A DNA stretch of 64,000 nucleotides, taken from positions 14,734-78,733 of the forward strand of contig JAQTPI010000004.1 in assembly GCA_028748975.1 (NCBI GenBank), in the 5' to 3' direction. The DNA comes from Patescibacteria group bacterium (lineage in GTDB: Bacteria > Patescibacteriota > Patescibacteriia > UBA2196). The position numbers and the translations under genes were made by a program. The notes beneath the pieces were generated by a model, which was not told the DNA's origin, ran no database searches, and was given only the letters and a program-made list of their open reading frames with translations. This document shows, in pieces, positions 29,118-38,331 of the stretch (positions within the stretch are counted from its first letter, which is position 1; each line of letters opens with the position of its first letter).

Positions 29118-29306
29118 CTAATCATCAAACTTAAACAGAAAATAAAATGATTTGAATACTTGCCAGCCAAAAGCTAAAACAAAACCGTAATAGATATATT
29201 TGTTTAAACCCATATTTTTTAAAGACGGAAAAAGCAACAAAATTAATCCGCAAAAAATTAATGTGGCCAGAAGAATTACTAAGGTTTGAAATTTTGGTTT
29301 TTTCAT
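29118..29306 (-). CDS. Small two-TM membrane protein
   Basis: MKKPKFQTLVILL... start just after the upstream stop; two hydrophobic segments. Confidence 0.55.
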   Translation of the reverse strand: MKKPKFQTLVILLATLIFCGLILLLFPSLKNMGLNKYIYYGFVLAFGWQVFKSFYFLFKFDD

Positions 29307-29310
29307 ATAT

Positions 29311-30036
29311 TTAAATTTTTTCAGAAAGTATTTTTCTTTCTTTAAAGCCATTAAGACGATACTTAATACGATTAATTGTGTCTTCAAAATCTTTTTTATC
29401 TTCTGCTTTAAGCCCAATTTCAATCAATTTTTTAATCCCTTCTTTAAATTTTTCTGTAGCTTCTATTTTATGCTCCAAATTCCCAATTTCCATTTGTGTT
29501 ACTTGGGGTAATTTTGAAATAGCATTTTTTATGGTCATTCCAAACTCTTTTACATCTTTATCTGTTTGTTTTAATAAAACTTCCAATTCATTATAAAAAT
29601 TTTGTAAATTATTTTCTATCACCAATAACAAATCTTTACAAAATCCATTTTCAAATTTTTCTTTAGCAGTTGCCAATTCCGCGGCTAATTCTTTGTAAGT
29701 AGCTTCCCGCAGGCGGGTTTCCAATGCCTGAATTTCGGTATTAATTTTTTCACACTTAATTACATTGTTGTTATTGGCCAGCGTTAATAATCTCTGAGCT
29801 TCTTCCATGGAGATTCCAGTTGACATTTCAAAAATAAAACGTTCTCCCTTTTTTGATCCTTGAAGCAGAGCTTTTAATCTGGGTTTTATCTCAAGATATT
29901 TTTTTTCATCTTCAGTTAAAACAGTATTGTAAATATTTTCTTTTTCTTTTTTCTTCTGTTCTAAAAATATCTGAATATCCTCAGTCTTTTCCGCAAAATT
30001 TGTTCGCTCATTAGTTGATGTTTCGGATAATTTCAT
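29311..30036 (-). CDS. Hypothetical coiled-coil protein
   Basis: 241-aa E/K-rich ORF directly downstream of tRNA-Asp. Confidence 0.65.
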   Translation of the reverse strand: MKLSETSTNERTNFAEKTEDIQIFLEQKKKEKENIYNTVLTEDEKKYLEIKPRLKALLQGSKKGERFIFEMSTGISMEEAQRLLTLANNNNVIKCEKINTEIQALETRLREATYKELAAELATAKEKFENGFCKDLLLVIENNLQNFYNELEVLLKQTDKDVKEFGMTIKNAISKLPQVTQMEIGNLEHKIEATEKFKEGIKKLIEIGLKAEDKKDFEDTINRIKYRLNGFKERKILSEKI

Positions 30037-30047
30037 TTTTTTAGATT

Positions 30048-30121
30048 CGGAGCGGACGGGACTCGAACCCGCGACCTCTTCCGTGACAGGGAAGCGTTCT
30101 AACCAACTGAACTACCGCTCC
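30048..30121 (-). tRNA. tRNA-Asp(GTC)
   Basis: GGAGCGG/CCGCTCC-G, CTTCC-CTGTCAC-GGAAG, TTCGAGT. Confidence 0.95.
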
Positions 30122-30129
30122 AAAATTTT

Positions 30130-30253
30130 CATCCCCTCCTTTCGAAGGAGGGGTGCCGAGTGAAACGAGGCGGGGTGGTTGTGGTAAAAATAATCACACA
30201 ACCCCTCCGGGTTTCGCTCCGCTCAACCCACCTCCCCTTCGAAAGGGGAGGAT
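30130..30253. repeat. Inverted doublet (REPIN-like) of the CCCCTCC-type repeat
   Basis: ATCCCCTCCTTTCGAAGGAGGGG...CCTCCCCTTCGAAAGGGGAGGAT. Confidence 0.7.
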
Positions 30254-30657
30254 AAAATCACAAAACAATTCTATCAAAATAAGTATAGCAAATCAAATTT
30301 TATTTGACAAGTGCCAAAAAATTTGCTATACTTATAATAGAGGGTAGGAAAAAAGCGTAAAACAAAAACAAAAATATGAAAATTAAGGTTAAAAATGCGA
30401 CTCCAGCTGTTTATCACCTGACTGTCCGCAAACGATGACCTGACGCTTAGCGCGTTCGGTTTTTTTATGCTTAAAATAGCCAACAACAAGATTTCCGAGC
30501 TTTTACCTGTTGTTGCCAAAAAACTACCTGTCAAAAATAGGTTAAAATTACTTTGGAAAAAATGGCGGCAATTTCCACCTTGGCAACGCCACCGCCGTAT
30601 TTTGTGGCCATATTAAAAACTAAAACCCCGCCTTACGGCGGGATTTTTTATATTTTT

Positions 30658-31002
30658 TTATTTCACCGCGTCTACGATGGCTTTGAAAACAGCGGGATAT
30701 TTGGCAGCAATTTCAGAAAGAACCTTGCGGTCTAATTCTATATTTTTCTTTTTAAGTAGACCGATAAATTTGGAATAGGAAAGTCCGTGCTCGCGCACCG
30801 CGGCATTGATGCGGATATTAAAAGTGCCGCGCATATCGCGCTTTTTTTGTTTGCGGCCGGAAAAAGCATGCACGCCGGCTTTTTTGATGGCTGTCCGGGC
30901 CAGTTTATTTTGATTTTTTCTTCCCCAGCGGAAACCCTTGACCTGCACGCGCAGCGCTCTGCGGCGGCTGGCTCTAACTCTTCCACGTTTGACTCTTGGC
31001 AT
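30658..31002 (-). CDS. rplT: 50S ribosomal protein L20
   Basis: MPRVKRG...RINAAVREHGLSYSKFI..LKKKNIELDRKVLSEIA. Confidence 0.97.
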   Translation of the reverse strand: MPRVKRGRVRASRRRALRVQVKGFRWGRKNQNKLARTAIKKAGVHAFSGRKQKKRDMRGTFNIRINAAVREHGLSYSKFIGLLKKKNIELDRKVLSEIAAKYPAVFKAIVDAVK

Positions 31003-31105
31003 ATGTTTTATAACTATCAACTAACAACAAACAACTAACAACTTACAATTCGCAACAAACAGCTTGCAATTTGTTGATAATAATTTATTGATTAGACTGA
31101 TACAA

Positions 31106-31297
31106 TTATTTTTTAATAAAAAGAAGCTTTCTGATGACCTTGGCAGAATCTTCTGACAACGACGGATCGCGCCGTTTGTTTAAAGTAATTTTGCCGGATT
31201 CCTTGGCATTCAAGTGGCTTTGGCCGCATTTGCGTTTCATCACCTTGCCGTTTTTGGAAACGGAAAATCTTTTGGAAATAGATTTAATAGTTTTCAT
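31106..31297 (-). CDS. rpmI: 50S ribosomal protein L35
   Basis: MKTIKSISKRFSVSKNGKVM...GQSHLNAKE; infC-rpmI-rplT order. Confidence 0.93.
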   Translation of the reverse strand: MKTIKSISKRFSVSKNGKVMKRKCGQSHLNAKESGKITLNKRRDPSLSEDSAKVIRKLLFIKK

Positions 31298-31305
31298 ATG
31301 ATAAA

Positions 31306-31440
31306 TAACAGATAGACACAGATGTAAAACAGATAGACACAGATGCACAGATGCTGACGACCTCACCCCCGACCCTCTCCTTATAAAGGAGAGGGGGACG
31401 GAATCTGTGTATTTGTGTAAATCTGTAAAAAATCTGTGAT
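31306..31440. repeat. Inverted pair of ACAGAT ~10-bp tandem tracts with a nested CCCTCTCC repeat
   Basis: (ACAGATAGAC)n ... CCCTCTCC hairpin ... (ATCTGT)n. Confidence 0.7.
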
Positions 31441-31447
31441 AATTTGT

Positions 31448-31999
31448 TTAGTTAATTGGCGCGACTATCAAGGAGAATTTTCCACCCAAGCGCTGGAGCG
31501 GCTGGATTGATTTTGTTTCTCCTAATTTTTTAACGAAATCATTCATGGTTTCGGTGGCCAATTGGCCATGAGCTTTTTCCCGGCCTTTTAAAATCATTTC
31601 CACCTTGACCTGATTTTTTTCTTCCAAGAATTTTTTAGCTTGTTCAATTCTGATGTCCAGATCGGCGCCCTTCATTTTGAAAGTCAGGCGCAGACATTTT
31701 AATTCAGTTTTTTTACTGGCCACTTTTTGCTTGTGCGCCAGTTTTTCCTGCTCGTATTTATATTTGCCGAAATTCATGATTTTGCAAACCGGCGGATTGC
31801 CCTTGGGGTTGACCTCCACCAGATCCAGTTCCGCTTCCGCTGCTTTTTTCAGCGCTTCGGCAATGGCCACCGTGCCCTGACTTTCTCCATTTTCATCAAT
31901 TAAAAAAACTTGCGGCACTTTGATTTGATGGTTGACGCGAGTGAGCTTTTTATCTTCCATTTCCGGCCGTTTAAAAGGCCGGCGACGTTTGATTTGCAT
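31448..31999 (-). CDS. infC: Translation initiation factor IF-3
   Basis: VNHQIKVPQVFLIDE, LDLVEVNP...PPVCKIMNFGKYKYEQ. Confidence 0.95.
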   Translation of the reverse strand: MQIKRRRPFKRPEMEDKKLTRVNHQIKVPQVFLIDENGESQGTVAIAEALKKAAEAELDLVEVNPKGNPPVCKIMNFGKYKYEQEKLAHKQKVASKKTELKCLRLTFKMKGADLDIRIEQAKKFLEEKNQVKVEMILKGREKAHGQLATETMNDFVKKLGETKSIQPLQRLGGKFSLIVAPIN

Positions 32000-32088
32000 A
32001 ATAATTTAGTAACAGAGTAATAAAGTAATAAAGTAACAAAGGAGACCACGGGGCACGTAAAATAACTCATTTCATTCGTTACTTTACG

Positions 32089-32485
32089 TGGTGGAGGCGG
32101 CCGGAATTTCACCGGCGTCTAACGTTAATCAATAAACTATTCTACAAGCGTAGTTCGTTTTATGGTTCAACTTTAAGCTTGAAAACGGACAAAACACTTA
32201 AAGTTAAAGCCCAGAGTTTCGCCATTTTTACCGGGCCAGTAACAATGGCTAGTCCACTGTTTATAACACCCAAAACGACTTAGTGAACCTCGGTCGTTTG
32301 GATGGCCATAGGATTTAAGCTATGGCATAAGCCGGTTGAGAAACAAAAGCGTTAGCCAAAGAGGCAACGCCAGCTTTCACCCGGTTATATAGATTGGCAT
32401 TTATAGCCTTTGAGGCGGTTTTACGGGGCACCCCGGCCCGACTTGCTTAATTTAAAGCTTAAAGCTATCAAATTAAAACGCCCCC
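32089..32485 (-). ncRNA. ssrA: tmRNA
   Basis: 5' GGGGGCG pairs with 3' CGCCTCC-ACCA (G3:U); tag ORF 32398-32315 ANLYNRVKAGVASLANAFVSQPAYAIA*; smpB nearby. Confidence 0.9.
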
Positions 32486-32762
32486 GTAATTTAATTTTTA
32501 ATTTCTAATTTCTAATTTTTAATACTCTGCTTAATACAGGCATCAAGATAAGTATAAATCAAGAAGGAAAAAATGTCAAATGAGAGATGAGAGATTAGGG
32601 AAGAGAGAAGAGAGAAGAGTGTTTAGTTTACTAATCTCTAATCACTATTCACTAATCGCTGGTTTGACAAAATTTTTTAGGTATGCTACCATAAAAACAA
32701 CAAAAAGCCGCGGAAACGCCGCGGTGGGAGGCAGGTTCACAATTTACAAAAGGAGGTTGGTA

Positions 32763-33110
32763 ATGTGCACTTTTTCTAAAAAAGGTTTTTTAAAGATGGT
32801 CAACGAATTAATTAAACAGACAAAAAACAGAAAACAATCATGGAGGGAGTGTATTTTTCATCCATTGTTTTTTTCTAAATATCATACCGAGTATAAGGAT
32901 GAAGAAATACAAATTGCGAGGTCGTTGTTTTTGGGGTTTTTTATTAGGATTTTATCCGTTGATTATTTTTGTCCAGCTACAGAGGATGGAAAAAGATTAC
33001 TACGAGAATTATATAATCTTGCCAAAACAAGCAATAAAGAGTATTCGCGCCTATCTCACGAAGAAGATCTAAAGACGAAAAGAAAAATATTGGCCAAATT
33101 GGCCCAATAA
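32763..33110 (+). CDS. Hypothetical protein (stand-alone unit between ssrA and smpB)
   Basis: TTGACA-17-TACCAT promoter near 32664, SD AAGGAGG before ATG 32763, terminator near 33125-33155. Confidence 0.6.
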   Translation: MCTFSKKGFLKMVNELIKQTKNRKQSWRECIFHPLFFSKYHTEYKDEEIQIARSLFLGFFIRILSVDYFCPATEDGKRLLRELYNLAKTSNKEYSRLSHEEDLKTKRKILAKLAQ

Positions 33111-33158
33111 ATGTTCAATCAAAAAACGCACTCCGGCAAAAGGGGTGCGTATTTTATT

Positions 33159-33599
33159 TTACATAATTTGTCTTTTACTTCTTTCAAACTCTCTTTTCTT
33201 GATGCTTTCTCTTTTATCAAATTTCTTTTTGCCGCGGGCGACGGCGATTTTGATTTTGATTAAATTGTGCGCCAAGTGGACGGAAAGAGGAATAATACTG
33301 ACGGTTTTTTCGTTTTGTTTGCCGAGCAAATAATTTAATTCTTTTTTAGTGAGCAATAATTTGCGGGAACGGTTGGGATCATAGCCTTTTTGCGCGGTCT
33401 TCGCGGGTTTATAGGCGGCAATGTAGGATTTTTCCAAATATGCTTCGCCATGGGCGTTGATGGTGACATAGGCGCCTTTCAAATCAATTTGGCCGGCGCG
33501 GGCGGATTTGACTTCGGGGCCGGTCAAAACCAAACCCGCCTCGAAGGTTTCGAGTATTTGATAATCAAAATTGGCTTTTCTGTTTTCAGCGAGTAACAT
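33159..33599 (-). CDS. smpB: SsrA-binding protein
   Basis: NRKANFDY..LETFEAGLVLTGPEVKS, RSRKLLL, ARGKKKFDKRESIK. Confidence 0.97.
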   Translation of the reverse strand: MLLAENRKANFDYQILETFEAGLVLTGPEVKSARAGQIDLKGAYVTINAHGEAYLEKSYIAAYKPAKTAQKGYDPNRSRKLLLTKKELNYLLGKQNEKTVSIIPLSVHLAHNLIKIKIAVARGKKKFDKRESIKKREFERSKRQIM

Positions 33600-33636
33600 A
33601 CTTTTATTATAGCAAAGAAATAGGTATAATAGATAT

Positions 33637-35217
33637 ATGAAGATGACTGTTAAAAATACTATTAAACAAGCGATAAGTCAAGTTTTGGCCAAGAAATATA
33701 AACTTGGTAATTTTGAGTTGGAGATTAATTATCCGCCAGTGGCGGAAATGGGCGATTATGCCACGAGCGCGGCAATGGCTCTGGCTAAAATTTTAAAAAG
33801 AAAACCACTGGAAGTGGCAGAGGAAATTGCCGGAGAATTGAAAGGAATGAAAGAATTCAAGGAAATAAAAGTGGCGGCGCCGGGCTTTATCAATTTTTTT
33901 GTGGCAGAAGAATTTTTACAGGAAAACTTGAAAGAAATCTGGAAAGAGAAAGAAAAATACGGGCAATTGAAGCCAGATAAAAAATTAAAAATTCAAGTGG
34001 AATTTATTTCCGCCAATCCCACCGGGCCGTTAACTTTGGCCAATGGCCGCGGTGGTTTTTCCGGTGATGTTTTGGCCAATGTTTTAAGTTTGGCCGGAAA
34101 CAAGGTGGAAAGAGAATATTATGTGAATGATATCGGTAATCAAGTAGAAAAATTAGGACATTCCATATTGAAAGATGAAGAAACGGTTTATACCGGAGAA
34201 TATATTGATGAATTAGTAAAAAAGATAAAAGAAAAAGATCCAAAGAAAGCTGGCCTAATCGCGGCCGAGTTTATTTTGAAAAATTATATTCAACCAGTTG
34301 TTAAAAAAGTTGGTATAGAGTTTGATAATTATTTTTCCGAGAGAAAACTTCATGAATCCGGAGCAGTAGAAAAAATGTTGGAGGTTTTAAAAAAGAAAAA
34401 TTTGGTTTATGAAAAAGATGGCGCGTGGTGGCTGAAAACCAGCGAACAAAACGAAGGCGATGATGACAAGGATCGCGTACTTGTTAAATCTGACAGCAGT
34501 AAGACATATTTTTTGGCTGACATCGCCTATCATTGGAATAAATTTCATGATCGGAAATTTGATAAAGTCATTAATCTTTGGGGCGCGGACCACCACGGTT
34601 ACGTGGCGCGGATGAAATCGGCCATGGCCATGCTGGGTTTCCCCGGACAATTGGAAATTCTTTTGATGCAAATGGTGCGCTTGATTGAAAACGGACAGGA
34701 GAAAAGAATGTCCAAACGCCAGGGTGTTTATGTTTTACTGGAAGATTTAATTGACGAGGTGGGCTTGGACGTGGCGCGTTTCTTTTTCTTGATGCACGCC
34801 AATAATAAGGGCATGGATTTTGATCTGAATTTGGCCAAAGAAAGATCAAATAATAATCCGGTTTTTTACGTGCAATACGCGCACGCCAGAATTTGTTCCA
34901 TTTTGGAAAAAACCAAAGGTTTGAAACAAAAGGCAGGTGACAAAAACTATAAATTACACCGGGCGGAAAAAGAATTAATTAAAGAATTGATTAAATGGCC
35001 GGAATTAATTTTTGAGGTGGCGCAAAATTATGAAGTCCACAAAATTCCGTTTTATACCATTGCCTTGGCGGACAAATTCCATGATTTTTATGAGAATTGC
35101 CGGGTAATTGAAGATGAAGAGGTTAATAAATTTAGATTGGATTTGATTAAAGCCACTAAGCAGGTTTTGAAAAACAGTTTGAGTTGTTTGGGGGTAACGG
35201 CGCCGGAGAAGATGTGA
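33637..35217 (+). CDS. argS: Arginine--tRNA ligase
   Basis: VEFISANPTGP, GADHHGY, MSKR, NPVFYVQYAHARI, APEKM. Confidence 0.97.
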   Translation: MKMTVKNTIKQAISQVLAKKYKLGNFELEINYPPVAEMGDYATSAAMALAKILKRKPLEVAEEIAGELKGMKEFKEIKVAAPGFINFFVAEEFLQENLKEIWKEKEKYGQLKPDKKLKIQVEFISANPTGPLTLANGRGGFSGDVLANVLSLAGNKVEREYYVNDIGNQVEKLGHSILKDEETVYTGEYIDELVKKIKEKDPKKAGLIAAEFILKNYIQPVVKKVGIEFDNYFSERKLHESGAVEKMLEVLKKKNLVYEKDGAWWLKTSEQNEGDDDKDRVLVKSDSSKTYFLADIAYHWNKFHDRKFDKVINLWGADHHGYVARMKSAMAMLGFPGQLEILLMQMVRLIENGQEKRMSKRQGVYVLLEDLIDEVGLDVARFFFLMHANNKGMDFDLNLAKERSNNNPVFYVQYAHARICSILEKTKGLKQKAGDKNYKLHRAEKELIKELIKWPELIFEVAQNYEVHKIPFYTIALADKFHDFYENCRVIEDEEVNKFRLDLIKATKQVLKNSLSCLGVTAPEKM

Positions 35218-35250
35218 TAAATAATAATTCAATAATTTGATAATTCAATA

Positions 35251-35280
35251 ACGAGATCCTTCGCTTTGCTCAGGATGACA
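35251..35280. repeat. REP-like repeat supplying the ATG of the Mur ligase gene
   Basis: ACGAGATCCTTCGCTTTGCTCAGGATGACA. Confidence 0.7.
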
Positions 35281-36762
35281 ATCACTAAAAAAATCCATTT
35301 TATCGGCATTGGCGGGACGGCCATGGCAGCACTCGCCGTGGCTTTTAAACGCGCCGGATTTATTGTGACCGGTTCGGACTCGGGTAATATTTTTCCGCCG
35401 ATGAGCACGCATTTAAAAAAAAATGGAATTAAATATGGCTTGGGGTTTAAAGAAAAAAATTTAGGCCAGCCGAACGAAGTGGTTCTTGGCAATGCCCATG
35501 TCAGTAATTTAAATCCGGAAATCGCGATGGCTAAGAAAAGAGGATTGCCAATCATTCACTTTCCGCGGTTGATAGAAAAATATCTGATTAAGAAAAATTC
35601 AGTGGTAGTGGCAGGAACTTATGGTAAAACAACCATCACGGCCATGGCAGCCTGGCTTTTGGAAAAGGCGGGTAAAAATCCAAATTATATGCTCGGCGGC
35701 ATTCCGATTGATTTGGAAAACGGCGCACGATTAATAAAATCTGATTGGTCAGTCACCGAAGGCGATGAATATCCGGCAGCCTCTCCCTGGGACAGCGCGC
35801 CAAAATTTAAATATTATCATCCCAAATTTTTAATTTTGACTTCGGCGGAATGGGATCACATGGATGTTTATAAAACTAAAGAAAGTTATTTGGAGGTTTT
35901 TCGGAAATTGGTAGCAAGCGTGCCAGAAAATGGATTGATTGTGGCAAAGGCGGGCGGAGAGAATTTGGCTGGTGTTTTGAAGGGGGCGAAGTGTAAAATA
36001 ATTTATTATAGCAATCAGAAATTAGAAAACAGAAATCAGGATGAAAAATTATATTATATTAGTGGTGTGGAGGTAATTGGTGATAAGACTAAATTTATAG
36101 TAAAGAAACGCCTATCGGCGAAAATAAATAACCACCCCCGCTCCGTTGCTACGGAGCGACCCCTCCTTGAAAAGGAGGGGATGACCACCACCGTTGGCGA
36201 GTTTGAGACAAAACTTTTAGGCGAATTTAATTTGGAAAATTGGTGTGCGGCAGTGGCGCTGGCGATAGAGTTGAGAATTCCATTGAAGAAAATTCAGGCC
36301 GGAGTGAAAAGTTTTTCCGGAGTGAAAAGGAGATTGGAGATTCGCGGAGTGAAAAAAGGCGTGACCATAATTGATGATTTCGCGCATAATCCGGCGAAAG
36401 CGCGGCAGTCGGTTTTGGCCTTGCGCCGGCATTTTCCCAAAAATAAAATTTACGTAATTTTTGAACCAAATCGCGGTGGCCGATCGGAAAAATGTCTATC
36501 GGGATATAATAAAGTTTTTGCCGGTATAACAAAAGTTTTTATTTCAAAATTAACCGAATATCCGCCCAAAAAGGGAGTGAAAGATGTTTCGGGTAAGGAA
36601 TTGGTAAAGTATTTGAAAAAGACGCACGGAGGCGTAACTTATGAACCAGAAACGAAGGAACTAATAAACAAGTTGAAGAAAATTGCTAAAAGCGGCGATG
36701 TGATCGCGTTTTTGGGGTCGAGGAATTTTGGAGGTGTACTTGAACGGTTGTTGTCATCCTGA
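35275..36762 (+). CDS. Mur ligase, Mpl/MurC-like
   Basis: IHFIGIGGTAMAALA, GTYGKTT, EGDEY, DHMD, GVKRRLE, DDFAHNP. Confidence 0.88.
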   Translation: MTITKKIHFIGIGGTAMAALAVAFKRAGFIVTGSDSGNIFPPMSTHLKKNGIKYGLGFKEKNLGQPNEVVLGNAHVSNLNPEIAMAKKRGLPIIHFPRLIEKYLIKKNSVVVAGTYGKTTITAMAAWLLEKAGKNPNYMLGGIPIDLENGARLIKSDWSVTEGDEYPAASPWDSAPKFKYYHPKFLILTSAEWDHMDVYKTKESYLEVFRKLVASVPENGLIVAKAGGENLAGVLKGAKCKIIYYSNQKLENRNQDEKLYYISGVEVIGDKTKFIVKKRLSAKINNHPRSVATERPLLEKEGMTTTVGEFETKLLGEFNLENWCAAVALAIELRIPLKKIQAGVKSFSGVKRRLEIRGVKKGVTIIDDFAHNPAKARQSVLALRRHFPKNKIYVIFEPNRGGRSEKCLSGYNKVFAGITKVFISKLTEYPPKKGVKDVSGKELVKYLKKTHGGVTYEPETKELINKLKKIAKSGDVIAFLGSRNFGGVLERLLSS

Positions 36763-36794
36763 GGACGAGCGGAGCGAGGACGAAGGATCTCGTA
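36751..36794. repeat. REP-like repeat supplying the TGA stop of the Mur ligase gene
   Basis: TTGTCATCCTGAGGA...GACGAAGGATCTCGTA. Confidence 0.75.
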
Positions 36795-36797
36795 GTT

Positions 36798-37035
36798 TTT
36801 TTCTTGCCACCTTTTTTAGTAAAAGGTGGCGCCAAAAAGCGCCGCTGTAAAAAAGTTTTGACAAATTCAAGCTCGTCGTCATTAATTTTGTTAACTCCTC
36901 GTTTTGCTCGGTTTGCGCTCAAACCTCGCAAAACTTCGTCAGACAGAAGCAAAATTTTTTCACTGCGGTGAAAACCACTCCTCCTCGCCTCGAATTTATA
37001 CCAAAACTTTTTTAAGGCGGCAGTCGCGACGATAA
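36798..37035 (+). repeat. Structured dispersed element, copy 2
   Basis: Same conserved blocks as 23260-23590. Confidence 0.75.
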
Positions 37036-37072
37036 TGTTATTGTTTTTATGTTTTAATACTTTAATGTTTTT

Positions 37073-38173
37073 ATGAAAAACCAACACACCGACTATTCGC
37101 TCATAATTTTAATATTTATTCTGGTGGTTTTTGGTTTGACCATGCTTTCTTCCGCCTCCACGGTGGCGGGGTTTACCAGATATAATGACAGCTATTATTT
37201 TTTAAAACACCAGCTTTTATACGGTTTATTGCCGGGCTTGATTTTATTTGTGATTTTGGCGCGGATGGACCCAAAAATTTGGCAGAAAAAATCAAGATTA
37301 ATTTTGGGTGCGGCATTGGTTTTGCTTGGCGCTTTGTTTTTGCCAGGCGTGGGCTCGATTTTTAATGGCGCGCGGTCATGGCTGAATTTGGGGCCATTTT
37401 CTTTGCAACCATCAGAGTTGGCAAAATTGGCACTGTTAATTTATCTTTCGGCCAGATTAACTGACAGCGGAGATAAATTACATAGTTTTTGGGGCGGATT
37501 AATGCCGCAAATTATTGTTATCGGTTTAATTGCGGGACTGGTGGCTATACAGCCTGACTTTGGCACAATGATGATTATTGTTTTAATCGGTCTCGGAGTT
37601 TGTTTTGTGGCCGGGATGCGCTGGCGGCATTTAATTTTTCTTTTGGCAGTTGGCGGACTAATGCTAATGGCGGCGATTAAAAAAATGCCGGAGCGCTTGG
37701 CGCGCCTGACTGTTTTTTTAAATCCAAATTTTGACCCGCAAGGTGTTGGTTATCATATTAAACAGGCGCTACTCGCGGTGGGCACTGGCGGATTGTTTGG
37801 TTTGGGACTGGGGCACTCGCGGCAGAAATTTCAATACTTGCCAGAAGTTTCCGGCGATTCAATTTTCGCGGTGATGGCGGAGGAATTGGGCTTTGTTTTT
37901 TCCATTGTTTTTATTATTTTGGTGGTGCTTTTGATTTTGAAATTGTTGCGTTTGGCGCGCCAAAGCCAAAATGGTTTTAATCGGCTGTATCTTGCCGGTT
38001 TGGCCATTTGGATTGGCGGGCAAACAATTTTTAATATTGGCGCGATGCTGGGAATTCTGCCCTTGACTGGCGTGCCCTTGCCTTTTGTGAGTTATGGCGG
38101 AACGGCTTTGATGACACTGCTCGCGGCAAGCGGAATCGCGGTCGGGATGGCAAAAGAAGTAACTAGTAATTAG
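37073..38173 (+). CDS. ftsW: SEDS family peptidoglycan polymerase FtsW
   Basis: GARSWL, QPSELAK, QPDFGT, GLGLGHSRQK..YLPE, GVPLPFVSYGG. Confidence 0.92.
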   Translation: MKNQHTDYSLIILIFILVVFGLTMLSSASTVAGFTRYNDSYYFLKHQLLYGLLPGLILFVILARMDPKIWQKKSRLILGAALVLLGALFLPGVGSIFNGARSWLNLGPFSLQPSELAKLALLIYLSARLTDSGDKLHSFWGGLMPQIIVIGLIAGLVAIQPDFGTMMIIVLIGLGVCFVAGMRWRHLIFLLAVGGLMLMAAIKKMPERLARLTVFLNPNFDPQGVGYHIKQALLAVGTGGLFGLGLGHSRQKFQYLPEVSGDSIFAVMAEELGFVFSIVFIILVVLLILKLLRLARQSQNGFNRLYLAGLAIWIGGQTIFNIGAMLGILPLTGVPLPFVSYGGTALMTLLAASGIAVGMAKEVTSN

Positions 38174-38331
38174 TAATAAGTAATAAGGATACGACGACAC
38201 AATAACCCCCCTATTATTAGTTACCTGCCTGCCGGCAGGCAGGCTTATTACTTAATTACCTTTATCTTTTTTACTCTTGTCATTTTTCTAAAAAAATACT
38301 ATAATATAGATATATTTAATTCAATCTATTT

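Noticed and set aside
29118-30121. Prophage or island integrated at tRNA-Asp
   Set aside because: No integrase and no duplicated tRNA 3' end seen; only two orphan genes follow.
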